NCBI GenBank assembly: GCA_037442105.1
Contig: JBBIQV010000012.1
Location: forward strand, 50,067 to 70,066
Source: Nitrospiraceae bacterium
GTDB taxonomy: Bacteria > Nitrospirota > Nitrospiria > Nitrospirales > Nitrospiraceae
Reading direction: 5' to 3'
Length of the DNA stretch: 20,000 nt
In this document: piece by piece, positions 8,482 to 17,531 of the stretch
Position numbering within the stretch: the first letter of the stretch is position 1
Layout: every line of letters starts with the position of its first letter
Notes under the pieces: model-generated
The model's database searches: none
Seen by the model: the letters and a program-made list of their open reading frames with translations, nothing else
Told to the model about the DNA's origin: nothing
Made by a program: the position numbers and the translations under genes

Positions 8482-10491
8482 TTACTCGCCGCCTGGTATG
8501 TCCGCGAGCAGTCCGATCGCGCGTCGGATCTGTGTGCGCGATCCGAGCAACACCACGACATCGCCGGCATCGAGTTTCACTTTCTCCGGGGGGTTGGATT
8601 GCGTCACGCCTTGGCGGGTCCAGGCAATCACCGATGCGCCCGTCATCGGCCGGATCGAAAGATCTGCGAGTGTTTTGCCCACCGCCGGCGAGTCGTCCTC
8701 GATCCGGCAGGTCTCGACCTCCACATCCGTCAAGGTGCCACCGCGCAAATAATGGGCGAGTTCCGGTAACTCACTTCGCCGGAGCAGGGCATAGCCTTCC
8801 CGCCTGATCTGCTCCGCCTTCTTCGACACAAACTCAGGCGGCAACCCATATGTGCGCAGGACGAGCGCGAAGATTTCGATGGACGTCTCGAATTCTTCCG
8901 GCACCACATCATCGGCGCCGAGTTCGTGCAATTCTTCCAGTTCGCGCAGATATCGAGTGCGGACGACGATGTGAATCTTGGGATTCAGCCCCCGCACGAC
9001 CTGCACGGTCCGCCTCGCGGAGAACGGATCGGAGATCGCTATGACTAGGACCCGCGCATCCTCGATTCGAACATGCCGGAGCACGTTCTGATTCGTCGCA
9101 TCTCCATAATAGATCGGCACGCCGTGCTGGGCTTCCCGCCGGACCGTGTCTCCATCGAGATCAAGCGCCACGTAGGGGATTTCCGTCTCGCTCAGCACGC
9201 GAGCAAGATTGCGGCCGTTCAGCCCGTACCCGGCGATGATCACGTGGTCTTTGATCTTCAAAAACCGACCTTCGACTTCGGCGGCATGGGACATGGTCCG
9301 CCCCGGAAGCCACCGGTGCAGCCGCTGTAAGGCCTCTGTCCGCCTCGCGAGGTGCGGCGACCACTGGATAAAGAAGGGCGTGATCATCATGGTGAGCACC
9401 GACACGGCAAGGAACAGTTGATACAGATCGCCCCTGAGCAGGCCGGCTTCCTGGCCTCCTTGCGCCAGGATAAAGCTGAACTCACCGACTTGCGCCAGCG
9501 CCACACCGGCCATGACGGCAGAGCGCGGGGGGGTGCCCATAGCCAGCACAGCACCCGCACCTGTAACAAATTTCCCAACGAGGACCGACACCAGCAGAGC
9601 CAGGATAAGGAAGGGATGGTCCACGACTACTCGCCAGTCCATCAAGATGCCGATCGACACGAAGAAGAGGCTGTTGAAACTATCGCGGAATGGGAGCACC
9701 TCAGCCATCGCCTGATGGCTATACTCGGACTCGGAAATCACGAGCCCCGCAATGAAAGCTCCGAGCGCCAGCGAGAGTCCGCCGAGCGAGGTCAGCCAGG
9801 CGATACCGAGGCACAGGACGATAATGGTCAAGAGGAACAGCTCACGGCTGCGGCTGCGGACGATAACCTCCAGCAGCATCGGTACCAGATACCATGTAGC
9901 CGCGACGATGAACCCCACGACCATGACAGACGTCCCAAGGGTAAGCAGAACGGTCATCAACGAATCCTCGTTGGAGGATGCGAGAATCGGGGTCAGCAGC
10001 ATCATGGGCACGACGGCCAGATCCTGGAAGATCAAGATACCGATTGTTGCCCGCCCGTGAATCGTGTCGCTATCGCCGCGCTCCCCCAACGCTTTCAGCA
10101 CGATCGCGGTGCTGCTCAGTGAAAGCAGAAACCCCCAGAAGATGCCTTGTCGCACTGAGAGTCCTCCGACAACCGCGCAGAGTGTGGCAAGAACCAACAC
10201 GCCCCCGACCTGGATCGGCGCCGCAATCATCAGAAGCCGCCGCGAGGCGGCAAGGCTGGTTAAGGAAAACTCGATGCCGATGGTGAAGAGCAGCAACACG
10301 ACGCCGATCTCGGCCAGGATCTGCACCTGGTCCATATTCGATACCAGATGCAGCCCGTGCGGACCGATCAGGGCCCCTGCGACGAGAAACCCGGTGATAG
10401 AGGGCAGACGAAACTGGTGGAACAGGAACACCACCGCGATCGACACGGTGAAGATGACGAGGAGATCGCCAAGGACGTTATAATCAGTCAT
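8482..10491 (-). CDS. CPA2 monovalent cation/H+ antiporter (Kef-type) with TrkA-N and TrkA-C domains
   Basis: Polytopic N-domain with LSSTAIVLK, QDLAVVP and LAQVGEFSF. GYGLNG and YGDAT RCK domain. C-terminal TrkA-C. Confidence 0.93.
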   Translation of the reverse strand: MTDYNVLGDLLVIFTVSIAVVFLFHQFRLPSITGFLVAGALIGPHGLHLVSNMDQVQILAEIGVVLLLFTIGIEFSLTSLAASRRLLMIAAPIQVGGVLVLATLCAVVGGLSVRQGIFWGFLLSLSSTAIVLKALGERGDSDTIHGRATIGILIFQDLAVVPMMLLTPILASSNEDSLMTVLLTLGTSVMVVGFIVAATWYLVPMLLEVIVRSRSRELFLLTIIVLCLGIAWLTSLGGLSLALGAFIAGLVISESEYSHQAMAEVLPFRDSFNSLFFVSIGILMDWRVVVDHPFLILALLVSVLVGKFVTGAGAVLAMGTPPRSAVMAGVALAQVGEFSFILAQGGQEAGLLRGDLYQLFLAVSVLTMMITPFFIQWSPHLARRTEALQRLHRWLPGRTMSHAAEVEGRFLKIKDHVIIAGYGLNGRNLARVLSETEIPYVALDLDGDTVRREAQHGVPIYYGDATNQNVLRHVRIEDARVLVIAISDPFSARRTVQVVRGLNPKIHIVVRTRYLRELEELHELGADDVVPEEFETSIEIFALVLRTYGLPPEFVSKKAEQIRREGYALLRRSELPELAHYLRGGTLTDVEVETCRIEDDSPAVGKTLADLSIRPMTGASVIAWTRQGVTQSNPPEKVKLDAGDVVVLLGSRTQIRRAIGLLADIPGGE

Positions 10492-10633
10492 GGAAGCGCC
10501 GGATTATCACATGCCAAAGAGGGGTTAAGCGATGCACGAGCGGAGAATACCTGAGCGACACGAAACGGACAAGTCGAAGGTGCTTGTTCGGTAACGGACA
10601 GTCGGCCACAGTGAAGCCCGGCTACACGACACC

Positions 10634-11341
10634 ATGACAGAAAGCTACCGGTTCCGAGCCATCATTTTCGATTTCAACGGCGTCATCGCCGATGACGAGA
10701 CTCCTCATTTAGTATCCTTCCAACAGGCACTGGCCGACCATGGCCTCTCCCTCACGAAAGACGAGTACTACGGCACCTACCTCGGCATGGATGAGCGGAC
10801 CTGTGCGGCAGCCCTGCTCACCCGTCGGTATGGATCAAGTGACCCGACGACGCTCCAGGCGATCATACAGCGCAAGGCGGCGTTGTTCCAGGAGTACACT
10901 GCAACGAACAAGCCGCAGTTGTTCCCGGGTGTCGTTGAATTTGTGAACCAGGCAGGACGGCGCTACCGGCTGGCCATCGCGTCGGGCGGCAGGCGGGAAC
11001 AAATCGACTACGCGCTCAGCGGCACCCCTATCGAGAAGGATTTTGCGGTGATCGTCTCGGCAGACGACATCGCCGTCGGTAAACCGGATCCGGCGATCTA
11101 TGAATTCACGTTGAAGCTCATCAACGGGACCAGGCCCATGCCGCCGCTCATCACGGCAGCGCAATGTCTGGTTATCGAAGACTCGCGGGCCGGTATCCGC
11201 TCAGCGTTGTCGGCAGGTATGAAGGTGCTGGCCCTCGCGACAACGTACCCTTCCCACGATCTCACCGAGGCGCATCTTGTCCTGCCGAATCTGGAACGTT
11301 GCACGCCGGAGGACATTGACCGAAAACTCGCCCCCCTCTAA
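10634..11341 (+). CDS. HAD-family phosphatase (beta-PGM/CbbY-like)
   Basis: FDFNGVIADDE, IASG, GKPDPAIY, VIEDSRAG. Confidence 0.9.
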   Translation: MTESYRFRAIIFDFNGVIADDETPHLVSFQQALADHGLSLTKDEYYGTYLGMDERTCAAALLTRRYGSSDPTTLQAIIQRKAALFQEYTATNKPQLFPGVVEFVNQAGRRYRLAIASGGRREQIDYALSGTPIEKDFAVIVSADDIAVGKPDPAIYEFTLKLINGTRPMPPLITAAQCLVIEDSRAGIRSALSAGMKVLALATTYPSHDLTEAHLVLPNLERCTPEDIDRKLAPL

Positions 11342-11461
11342 AGAACAATGGAATCTGAGCATCTTTACGCTGTAGCTTGTCATCACGACCGCGCCATAAA
11401 ATCTTTATAAGATGCCAAGAAGTCTCCCTGTTGTCGGTCACACTCGCGCTGGAGGTGCTCC

Positions 11462-12052
11462 ATGAAACCGATTCGCCTGTTCCTCTGTGTCCTTGCCGTA
11501 CTGCTGGCCACCTCTGCTCCCGTCCTCTCCGATGCCCCTGCGATTGCCGATATTCCTGAGACGTGGGAGTGCCCTCAAGCGGATGGCATCCTGTTATACA
11601 CCGACCGCGAACGGCCGGGCTGTCATGTCAAGGTGCTCAAGCCGCTCTCCAGCGTGCCTCCCTTCGTCGCTGGACCCTTCGAGCCACGGGTGCTCGGAAC
11701 CGCCGGCCCGCGCTATGACGTGGTGCCTCAGGGAGATTGGTATGGAAGCAACGCAGTGCCCGGGTTCGGACAGAATGAAGTGAAGAATGTCCCCGCTTGG
11801 GCGCAGGATTGGCATGCGGACAATACGTCCTCCGGCTCCGTGCAGGGAGAAATTTGCTCAATGTACCTCGAATGGATCCGACTCAACGAGAAAACCCGAG
11901 GCGGGTTCTTTTTTGGAGCCGACCCCTCTTATGGAGGCGACCTTTCCGGACGGAACCTCCGCTCCCCAAGCTATTCGTTCTACGACAATGCCCGATGGCT
12001 CACATTGTCGAGAATCTTCGGGGCCGGGTTCGTTCCCATCGGCTGCCCATGA
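11462..12052 (+). CDS. Secreted hypothetical protein
   Basis: GGAGG SD and a signal peptide. The WECPQADGILLYTDRERPGC segment is reminiscent of DUF4124-type N-termini. Confidence 0.75.
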   Translation: MKPIRLFLCVLAVLLATSAPVLSDAPAIADIPETWECPQADGILLYTDRERPGCHVKVLKPLSSVPPFVAGPFEPRVLGTAGPRYDVVPQGDWYGSNAVPGFGQNEVKNVPAWAQDWHADNTSSGSVQGEICSMYLEWIRLNEKTRGGFFFGADPSYGGDLSGRNLRSPSYSFYDNARWLTLSRIFGAGFVPIGCP

Positions 12053-12061
12053 AAGTGGGCT

Positions 12062-13438
12062 TCAGCAGTTGACGACGTTGACGGCAAGCCCGCCTTTGGA
12101 CGTTTCCTTGTACTTGGCCTGCATGTCCAAGCCGGTCTGCCGCATGGTCTCGATGACCCGGTCCAAAGGGACCCGGTGCGTGCCGTCACCGTAAAGCACG
12201 GCGAGGCGGGCTGCGTTGATGGCCTTGGCAGCCCCCATAGTGTTGCGTTCGATGCAGGGCACCTGCACCAGCCCACCCACCGGGTCACAGGTCAGGCCTA
12301 AGTTGTGCTCCATCCCGATCTCGGCGGCGTTCTCAATCTGTGCATTGCTGCCCCCCATGACAGCGGCCAGGCCGGCGGCGGCCATCGAGCAAGCTACACC
12401 GACCTCGCCCTGGCACCCCATCTCTGCCGCGGACAGCGACGCGTTCCGCTTGTACAACATGCCGATCGCGGCGGCCGTCAGGAGGAAGGTGCGCACCCCC
12501 TGATCGTCGGCTCCGGGCAGGAAACGCCGATAATAGGCGAGTACCGCCGGGATAATGCCGGCCGCACCGTTCGTTGGTGCCGTCACCACCCGGCCGCCTG
12601 CCGCATTCTCTTCGTTGACTGCCAGGGCGAATAGGCTCACCCAGTCGAGCGTGGTTAGTGGGTCTGTCGTCGCCGGTCGAGCCTGGAGGTTGCGGAAGAG
12701 AAGACCGGCCCGCCGTCGCACGTGCAGTCCGCCGGGCAGCATGCCCTCGGCTCGACAGCCTCGCTCGATACACTGCTCCATGACCCTCCAAATGTGATCC
12801 AGTCCGGCGTCGATCTCGGAAGGCGTCCGCCATACCATCTCGTTCTGTCGCACAATGGCGGCGATCGACCATCCTGTCCGCCGCCCGATGTCGAGCAACT
12901 CGGCCGCCGAGCCGAACTCATAAGACAAGCGGCCGACCGGTTCATTCCCATCCGTGCGACCCGCCTCCGCTTCGGTGTTCAGAAAACCGCCGCCGATGGA
13001 ATAATAGGTTTCGTTCGCCAGTTCTGCGCCGGCCCTGTCGAAGGCGGCCAATCGCAAGCCATTGGGGTGGCAGGGAAGGGACTCGTTATCGTGGAAGAGC
13101 AAGTCGGTGGCTTCGTGGAACGGGATAGGGAACTGTCCGGCCAACTGAAGCGCGTGCAGAGACCGCATCTGTGCTACAAGCGGGTCAACCGCGTCGGGAT
13201 CAATCGTGTCGGGTCGTTTCCCGGAGAGGCCGAGCAAAACAGCTTTGTCGGTAGCGTGTCCCCGGCCGGTCAAGGCCAGCGATCCGTACAGGTCGGCGCG
13301 CACCCGCTGCACCTGTGCAAGGACGCCTCTCGCTTCGAGCGCCTGGATAAAGCGAAGAGCCGCCCGCATCGGGCCGACCGTATGCGAGCTCGACGGCCCA
13401 ATGCCGATCTTGAAAAGGTCAAAGACACTCAACACCAT
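12062..13438 (-). CDS. sdaA: L-serine ammonia-lyase (Fe-S, single chain)
   Basis: [79 protein letters not shown]. Confidence 0.97.
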   Translation of the reverse strand: MVLSVFDLFKIGIGPSSSHTVGPMRAALRFIQALEARGVLAQVQRVRADLYGSLALTGRGHATDKAVLLGLSGKRPDTIDPDAVDPLVAQMRSLHALQLAGQFPIPFHEATDLLFHDNESLPCHPNGLRLAAFDRAGAELANETYYSIGGGFLNTEAEAGRTDGNEPVGRLSYEFGSAAELLDIGRRTGWSIAAIVRQNEMVWRTPSEIDAGLDHIWRVMEQCIERGCRAEGMLPGGLHVRRRAGLLFRNLQARPATTDPLTTLDWVSLFALAVNEENAAGGRVVTAPTNGAAGIIPAVLAYYRRFLPGADDQGVRTFLLTAAAIGMLYKRNASLSAAEMGCQGEVGVACSMAAAGLAAVMGGSNAQIENAAEIGMEHNLGLTCDPVGGLVQVPCIERNTMGAAKAINAARLAVLYGDGTHRVPLDRVIETMRQTGLDMQAKYKETSKGGLAVNVVNC

Positions 13439-13508
13439 GCGATCAGGTCACCTGGGTGCCCCCTTTCTTTACTTCTATGGAAGAGCATGATTCGGGTAGC
13501 CAATGGCT

Positions 13509-13586
13509 GCTCAACGCAGAACCAACCTGGGAACTGCAAGGCACGAAGCGCCGACGTCGCGAGTCAGGTCGAGCGACGTGTTATGC
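13509..13586 (-). repeat. attC site 1 (terminal)
   Basis: Minus strand GCATAAC-ACGTCGCTCGACCTG...CAGGTTGGTTCTGC-GTTGAGC, 78 bp. Confidence 0.7.
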
Positions 13587-13699
13587 GTACACATTTATTG
13601 TCCTGGCATCCTGTCCACAATCATTCCTTCCTGATTGATTGTGAATCCTATCCAACCACCGGGCGAAGGCAATGCAACCATAACAGGGGGAATCAATAC

Positions 13700-14047
13700 C
13701 TATGCAGCCCGCAATAGAAACTCAACTTTCACGGCGTCGTAAGGAAATTCTATGGCACCATCCTCCGTGCGGGAAAGCAATCCAGCACCAAGAAGCGCAA
13801 CCACATCGCCGTGGACCCCTTTGACGTCCCGCTCAACCCGTCGAGCTGCTTCCCGAATTGATACGGGACCAGCACCGCAAAGGGCCTTGAGAAGTTTCCA
13901 CCGCTTGGCAGTCAGAACTTTCCAAAGCAGCTCGGGCGACGCGAAGCTGATTCGGGCCGACTTGTGTTGTTTGTTTGTATGCCATGCCTGAGCAAACTCG
14001 GACATGGCCTCTTTCGGAGACCGAACATCAAGAATCACTGTTTTCAT
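13700..14047 (-). CDS. HTH antitoxin / DNA-binding protein (HVO_A0114-like)
   Basis: True start MKTVILDVRS (14047) after GAGG. ISFASPELLWKVLTAKRW and SIREAARRVERDVKGVHGDV HTH. Overlaps the upstream toxin gene. Confidence 0.8.
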   Translation of the reverse strand: MKTVILDVRSPKEAMSEFAQAWHTNKQHKSARISFASPELLWKVLTAKRWKLLKALCGAGPVSIREAARRVERDVKGVHGDVVALLGAGLLSRTEDGAIEFPYDAVKVEFLLRAA

Positions 14048-14324
14048 GATTCCACCTCTCGATATCGTTCTGGAAATCCACCAGGAGCTGCTCCGGATTG
14101 GAGAACTCGTATGTGCGCTCCTTGCCACCCCAATGGCGGTGATCGCCTTTGCCGGCTTCATTGTCATAGCGGAGCACACATGTTTCGTTTACCACATAGG
14201 CCAAGCGGTACTTGAAGCCATGCGTCGATCCCGCTAATGGCTTTGGCAATCGCCAGAGCAACAGCTCTGCGAAGCGGTTCTCGGCGTAAACGATGCGCTG
14301 CCGGAATAACCCAGTGGCTTTCAT
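14028..14324 (-). CDS. DUF6516-family (TumE-like) toxin
   Basis: Start MKATGLF. Motifs HGFKYRLAYV and CVLRYDNEAGKGDHRH. Confidence 0.78.
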   Translation of the reverse strand: MKATGLFRQRIVYAENRFAELLLWRLPKPLAGSTHGFKYRLAYVVNETCVLRYDNEAGKGDHRHWGGKERTYEFSNPEQLLVDFQNDIERWNHENSDS

Positions 14325-14360
14325 GTTGGCGATAATGCCAACATGACGAGGCGTTGTCAA
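14322..14360 (-). promoter_or_regulatory. Cassette-internal leaderless promoter with palindromic operator
   Basis: Minus strand TTGACA, N17, CATTAT, N7, ATG. Inverted repeat CATGTTGGC-N6-GCCAACATG (14322-14345). Confidence 0.65.
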
Positions 14361-14384
14361 TTGCTACAACAATGAGGCAACGGA

Positions 14385-14450
14385 GCCCATCGCAAAGCTA
14401 ACCGGCGCGCGCCAATTTGGCGCGCGTCCGAGTTGAGCGTGTAGTTAGAG
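14385..14450 (-). repeat. attC site 2 (core GTT>GAT)
   Basis: Minus strand CTCTAAC-TACACGCTCAACTCGGACGCGCGCCAAATTGGCGCGCGCCGGTTAGCTTTGC-GATGGGC. Confidence 0.8.
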
Positions 14451-14682
14451 ATCGCGAATGATGCTCCGCATAGGTATCGAGCAGCCGCCGGATCATGCGC
14501 TGGTACTGGGTGTGATGTTTCCGAGCCTCGCCCTTGAAAAACTCGACGCTTCTCTTGCTCAACGCGATGGTGACCTTGACGCCTTCGTCCCGAAAGACGA
14601 GTTCCTCGGGCCGAGGAAGGAAGTCAGGAACGACTTTGAGGTCTCCGAGAGGTTCGTCGGTGTATTTGATTCTCGCGCTCAC
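14398..14682 (-). CDS. BrnA/CopG-like antitoxin
   Basis: DFLPRPEEL and VKVTIALSKRSVEFFK..YQRMIRRLLD RHH. Overlaps brnT. The C-terminal tail reads into attC2. Confidence 0.8.
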   Translation of the reverse strand: MSARIKYTDEPLGDLKVVPDFLPRPEELVFRDEGVKVTIALSKRSVEFFKGEARKHHTQYQRMIRRLLDTYAEHHSRSLTTRSTRTRAKLARAG

Positions 14683-14950
14683 AAATTCGCCTGCCTTTCC
14701 GCCAGTAGCCGGCCCCGAACATCCGAATGACGGCGTTGCGAAAAGTGAACCGGACGGTCAGGACACCGCCCTCGACCCAGCCGAAACAATAATGCCGCTT
14801 CTCGCTCGAGCTATGAGACAGGTCTTCCGCAATCACGCGGCGTGAATCAGCAAAAGCGAGCTGGGCCTTGGCGAAGGAGCTTCCATGTTTCTCTCGGTTT
14901 TCTTGGTCCTTCTTTGAGTCCCATTCGAATCGGGCCTTTGCCATCGGCAC
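14624..14950 (-). CDS. brnT: BrnT-family ribonuclease toxin
   Basis: FEWDSKKDQENREKHG.SF, HSSSEKR, VLTVRFTFR, IRMFGA. Confidence 0.88.
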   Translation of the reverse strand: MPMAKARFEWDSKKDQENREKHGSSFAKAQLAFADSRRVIAEDLSHSSSEKRHYCFGWVEGGVLTVRFTFRNAVIRMFGAGYWRKGRRICERENQIHRRTSRRPQSRS

Positions 14951-15015
14951 ACGCTAACACGAAGCAATCGAGATAGCCATACGCTTATATGGGTGGAGGA
15001 CAAACGGTCCGCGAC

Positions 15016-15073
15016 CGCCAACGACGAAGCTCAGCCGGCGCTGCAGGCGATCCGCTGAAGCTCTGAGTTAGCC
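15016..15073 (-). repeat. attC site 3
   Basis: Minus strand GGCTAAC-TCAGAGCTTCAGCGGATCGCCTGCAGCGCCGGCTGAGCTTCGTC-GTTGGCG. The TAA is the stop of the upstream toxin. Confidence 0.85.
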
Positions 15074-15331
15074 CTGCTGCTTGATGCGTCGCTCATACTC
15101 ATCGTGAGGGCCGACCCACACCCACACGAAATCCGTCCCATCCTCGACGGCCAGTGCCCGGTGATGAGGTCCGACCCTCACTGACCACAGCTTGCCAACC
15201 TTTTTGAAGTGCAGCGAAGGGTGTGCGTGATTTTCTTTCAGGAGGTCGAAGTTGTGTCGGGCCATTCTTTGGACAGCTTCTGGAAGGTGTGCATAGCAAG
15301 CCCAAAACCGAGCCGTCGTGCGATGTTTCAC
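15068..15331 (-). CDS. RelE/ParE/HigB-superfamily toxin
   Basis: FWACYAHLPEAVQ, HPSLHFKKVG, WSVRVG..HRALA, WVWVGPHDEY. Confidence 0.82.
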   Translation of the reverse strand: MKHRTTARFWACYAHLPEAVQRMARHNFDLLKENHAHPSLHFKKVGKLWSVRVGPHHRALAVEDGTDFVWVWVGPHDEYERRIKQQG

Positions 15332-15528
15332 AGGTCTTGGAGAGTTCCTTTTGCTTTCTCTTCGAGCGCCTCACGCATCAGGAAATCCAGCTTCCCAGCC
15401 TCAGAGTCGGCTTCGATCTGCTGGTCCCACCGCTCCCAGTCCTTTTCTGACAGCCACCGGACGAGCTCGGCGAACTCCTCTTGGGGAAGCTTCTCGATTT
15501 CCGTTTTGAGTTCGTCTACCTTCGACAT
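15328..15528 (-). CDS. Acidic antitoxin partner, 66 aa (MSKVDELKTEIEKL...WDQQIEADSEAGKLD)
   Basis: ATG 15528 follows GGAGGG. GTGA overlap with the toxin gene. Confidence 0.78.
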   Translation of the reverse strand: MSKVDELKTEIEKLPQEEFAELVRWLSEKDWERWDQQIEADSEAGKLDFLMREALEEKAKGTLQDL

Positions 15529-15633
15529 GGTTTTCCCTCCCGTCAATGCTCCGGAACACCAATTACACAAGCCTGACGCCAGGAACGGAGTCATCCTTGT
15601 TCACAGTCTCAGTATGCCACTCTTACATGTGAA

Positions 15634-15701
15634 GCACCACACCCCGCTGCGCGGCGGCGAGCGAATGCGAGCCAGCCGACCGCTCGAGCGCCATGTTGGC
15701 G
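15634..15701 (-). repeat. attC site 4 (degenerate right arm)
   Basis: Minus strand CGCCAAC-ATGGCGCTCGAGCGGTCGGCTGGCTCGCATTCGCTCGCCGCCGCGCAGCGGGGT-GTGGTGC. Confidence 0.65.
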
Positions 15702-15707
15702 AAACTA

Positions 15708-15867
15708 TGGGGTCATTGCTTGACTTTGCACTACCCAATCCCTACGCGATTCGTTTTGGCGTCTCGCCGTCACGTATTTTGAAAATCCAAGCCGGGATCG
15801 ACGCCCTGCCACTCACGCCGCACCAATAGCAAGCGATGCGGAAGTGCAAAGTCAAGCAATGACCCCA
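15708..15867. mobile_element. MITE-like element, 160 bp, perfect 25-bp terminal inverted repeats
   Basis: TGGGGTCATTGCTTGACTTTGCACT (15708-15732) and AGTGCAAAGTCAAGCAATGACCCCA (15843-15867). No convincing internal gene. Confidence 0.75.
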
Positions 15868-15900
15868 CATCTGCGCACATGGCAGAATGGACTTGCTCGC

Positions 15901-15957
15901 CACTACCCTTCAAGTCGGCGACGCAGTTTGCCGGTCCGCTTCAGCCCTTTGTGAGCC
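15901..15957 (-). repeat. attC remnant
   Basis: Minus strand GGCTCAC-AAAGGGCTGAAGCGGACCGGC resembles an R''/L'' arm. The right arm is poorly conserved. Confidence 0.4.
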
Positions 15958-16207
15958 CGTCCCGGCCCAAGGAAAAGGGTTTGCGCGGCATGGCTTTGGA
16001 TTTCGCCACCAGTGCCTGAAATTTCGGGTTGGACGCAAGCAACTCATCCACCAAGGCGTCGTCCTCCTGTGGCTCGAGTGGCTGAATTGCCAATAGCCGC
16101 TGATCGGGCATCTCGACGACGACTGTCTCGCCCGATTCCGCACATTCATTGAGCGTCTTCTTCAGGTCCGTTTCCAGGCGGCTCAACGGGATGGTCTTGA
16201 TGGCCAT
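15941..16207 (-). CDS. Phd/YefM-like antitoxin
   Basis: Start MAIKTIPLSRLETDLKKTLNECAESGETVVV. Overlaps the upstream RelE-like gene. Confidence 0.7.
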   Translation of the reverse strand: MAIKTIPLSRLETDLKKTLNECAESGETVVVEMPDQRLLAIQPLEPQEDDALVDELLASNPKFQALVAKSKAMPRKPFSLGRDGLTKG

Positions 16208-16480
16208 AGAATTCCTCCCCTTCCACAATCAGTTTGTTGCCGACTTTGCGCCCGACGATCAGGATGATGACTTCGTCTGCTTCAACATTATACAAGGCAC
16301 GCAGGTCTCCTGCCCGCAGTTCGAATTCGGCGAGCGGATTGGGGCGCAATCGTTTGATCGCTTTCGTGGGCGTCGTGGGGTGGTGCTCAAGACGAGAGGT
16401 AATGGCCGCTTCCAGGATTCGCTGCTCACGAATAGGCAACCACCGAATCGTTCACGCGTGCGCTCGATGCGGTAGGTAGG
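16146..16480 (-). pseudogene. RelE/ParE-family toxin with disrupted 5' end
   Basis: ELRAGDLRALYNVE and IILIVGRK are RelE-like. The N-terminal TYRIE lies in a different frame from IRWLPIREQR. Confidence 0.6.
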
Positions 16481-16969
16481 TCGCCGTTGATGAGCTATCA
16501 ATTCACCCAGCTCCTTTATGAACTCCATTAGTCGTCTAGCTCGACCGTCCAGCGAGCGCTCGTACTTCGATTTCTCACTTCCGGACCCGTGGAAAGTCAT
16601 GCCAGAGAAGTTACCGAACCGGACGGAGTATGCAGTGCCCAGCTGTCTTCTCAGGTACGTCTCCACTTTTTCCACCCATTGATTGTGTTCCTCCACGGGC
16701 AGGGGTACTTCGTCCTTCCTCGCGCGAAGCGCTTGAGCTTCCGTTAGGAAACTTGCTAGTTGGTCGCGATGTGGTCTGTTCCTCACGGCTGGATCGCTCT
16801 GCCGCTGAAGATAAACCGCCAGCGCGACAAACAGTGCGGCGCACACGGCCGAGCTCCAGCTACCTACCGAGCTGCCTTTGGAGAGGTAGTACCAGAAGGC
16901 ACCGGTCGCGAAGACGCCCGCAACGAACCAGGCCACGGGTGGCATCCAACCGCGAACGATCAGGCGCAT
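16259..16969 (-). CDS. Hypothetical two-TM cassette protein (C-terminus after ~16500 probably read-through)
   Basis: ATG 16969 lies just after attC5, and the track's N-terminal 20 aa are attC sequence. Two hydrophobic helices are followed by a helical domain. Confidence 0.6.
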   Translation of the reverse strand: MRLIVRGWMPPVAWFVAGVFATGAFWYYLSKGSSVGSWSSAVCAALFVALAVYLQRQSDPAVRNRPHRDQLASFLTEAQALRARKDEVPLPVEEHNQWVEKVETYLRRQLGTAYSVRFGNFSGMTFHGSGSEKSKYERSLDGRARRLMEFIKELGELIAHQRRPTYRIERTRERFGGCLFVSSESWKRPLPLVLSTTPRRPRKRSNDCAPIRSPNSNCGQETCVPCIMLKQTKSSS

Positions 16970-16976
16970 ACCTGCT

Positions 16977-17036
16977 ATCTCACGCGAAAGCTCAGCCGTC
17001 GCTGTCAGGCGATCGGTCTGAAGCGCCAAGTTAGGC
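16977..17036 (-). repeat. attC site 5 (core GTT>GTG)
   Basis: Minus strand GCCTAAC-TTGGCGCTTCAGACCGATCGCCTGACAGCGACGGCTGAGCTTTCGC-GTGAGAT. Similar to attC3. The TAA is the DUF2283 stop. Confidence 0.82.
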
Positions 17037-17249
17037 GGAAATGGTCTGTACCATCAGCGGCAGCTTGTTGAGTGTGAGCTGTTTCAGCTCAACCTTTTGG
17101 CTGGCATTGTCGATGTCGATCCCCACAAGATGGCCTTTGGCATCGTAATCAAGAACGATGCCTTCAGCGATCTCTCGACTTTCGACGCTCGGCCGTTCGG
17201 AAAGATCGATATACAGCGAATCGGTATCAGGATAATAATTGAGCTTCAT
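17031..17249 (-). CDS. DUF2283-family protein (putative antitoxin)
   Basis: YYPDTDSLYIDL and IVLDYDAKGHLVGIDI. Confidence 0.85.
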   Translation of the reverse strand: MKLNYYPDTDSLYIDLSERPSVESREIAEGIVLDYDAKGHLVGIDIDNASQKVELKQLTLNKLPLMVQTISA

Positions 17250-17488
17250 GGTTTGAACCCTCTGTCCGGAAAAGCGTTGTGTATTGTGACCTTATCGTCG
17301 AGAGTAATCACCCGCAATATCCGCCCCTCAAGCTCCTCAATCCGGTCCCAGAACCGGTACCGGTTTCCTTCTTGCGGCTCGCTTCTTAGCGCGTTCTCAA
17401 GAACCCGAATGCACCACTCTTTCTTCAGGTACGGACGCTTCCGCAAGACCTCCTTCTCGAAATATTCGGTAAAGGTGTACCGCGCCAT
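17246..17488 (-). CDS. Putative RelE-like toxin partner of DUF2283
   Basis: KRPYLKKEWC and RILRVITLDDKVTIHNAFPDR. ATGA overlap with DUF2283. Confidence 0.7.
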   Translation of the reverse strand: MARYTFTEYFEKEVLRKRPYLKKEWCIRVLENALRSEPQEGNRYRFWDRIEELEGRILRVITLDDKVTIHNAFPDRGFKP

Positions 17489-17531
17489 CAATCACACAGT
17501 AGCGCATTCCCACAGGACTAGCCAGTCTTCG

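Noticed and set aside
12722..13717. 331-aa plus-strand ORF
   Set aside because: Antisense shadow of sdaA.
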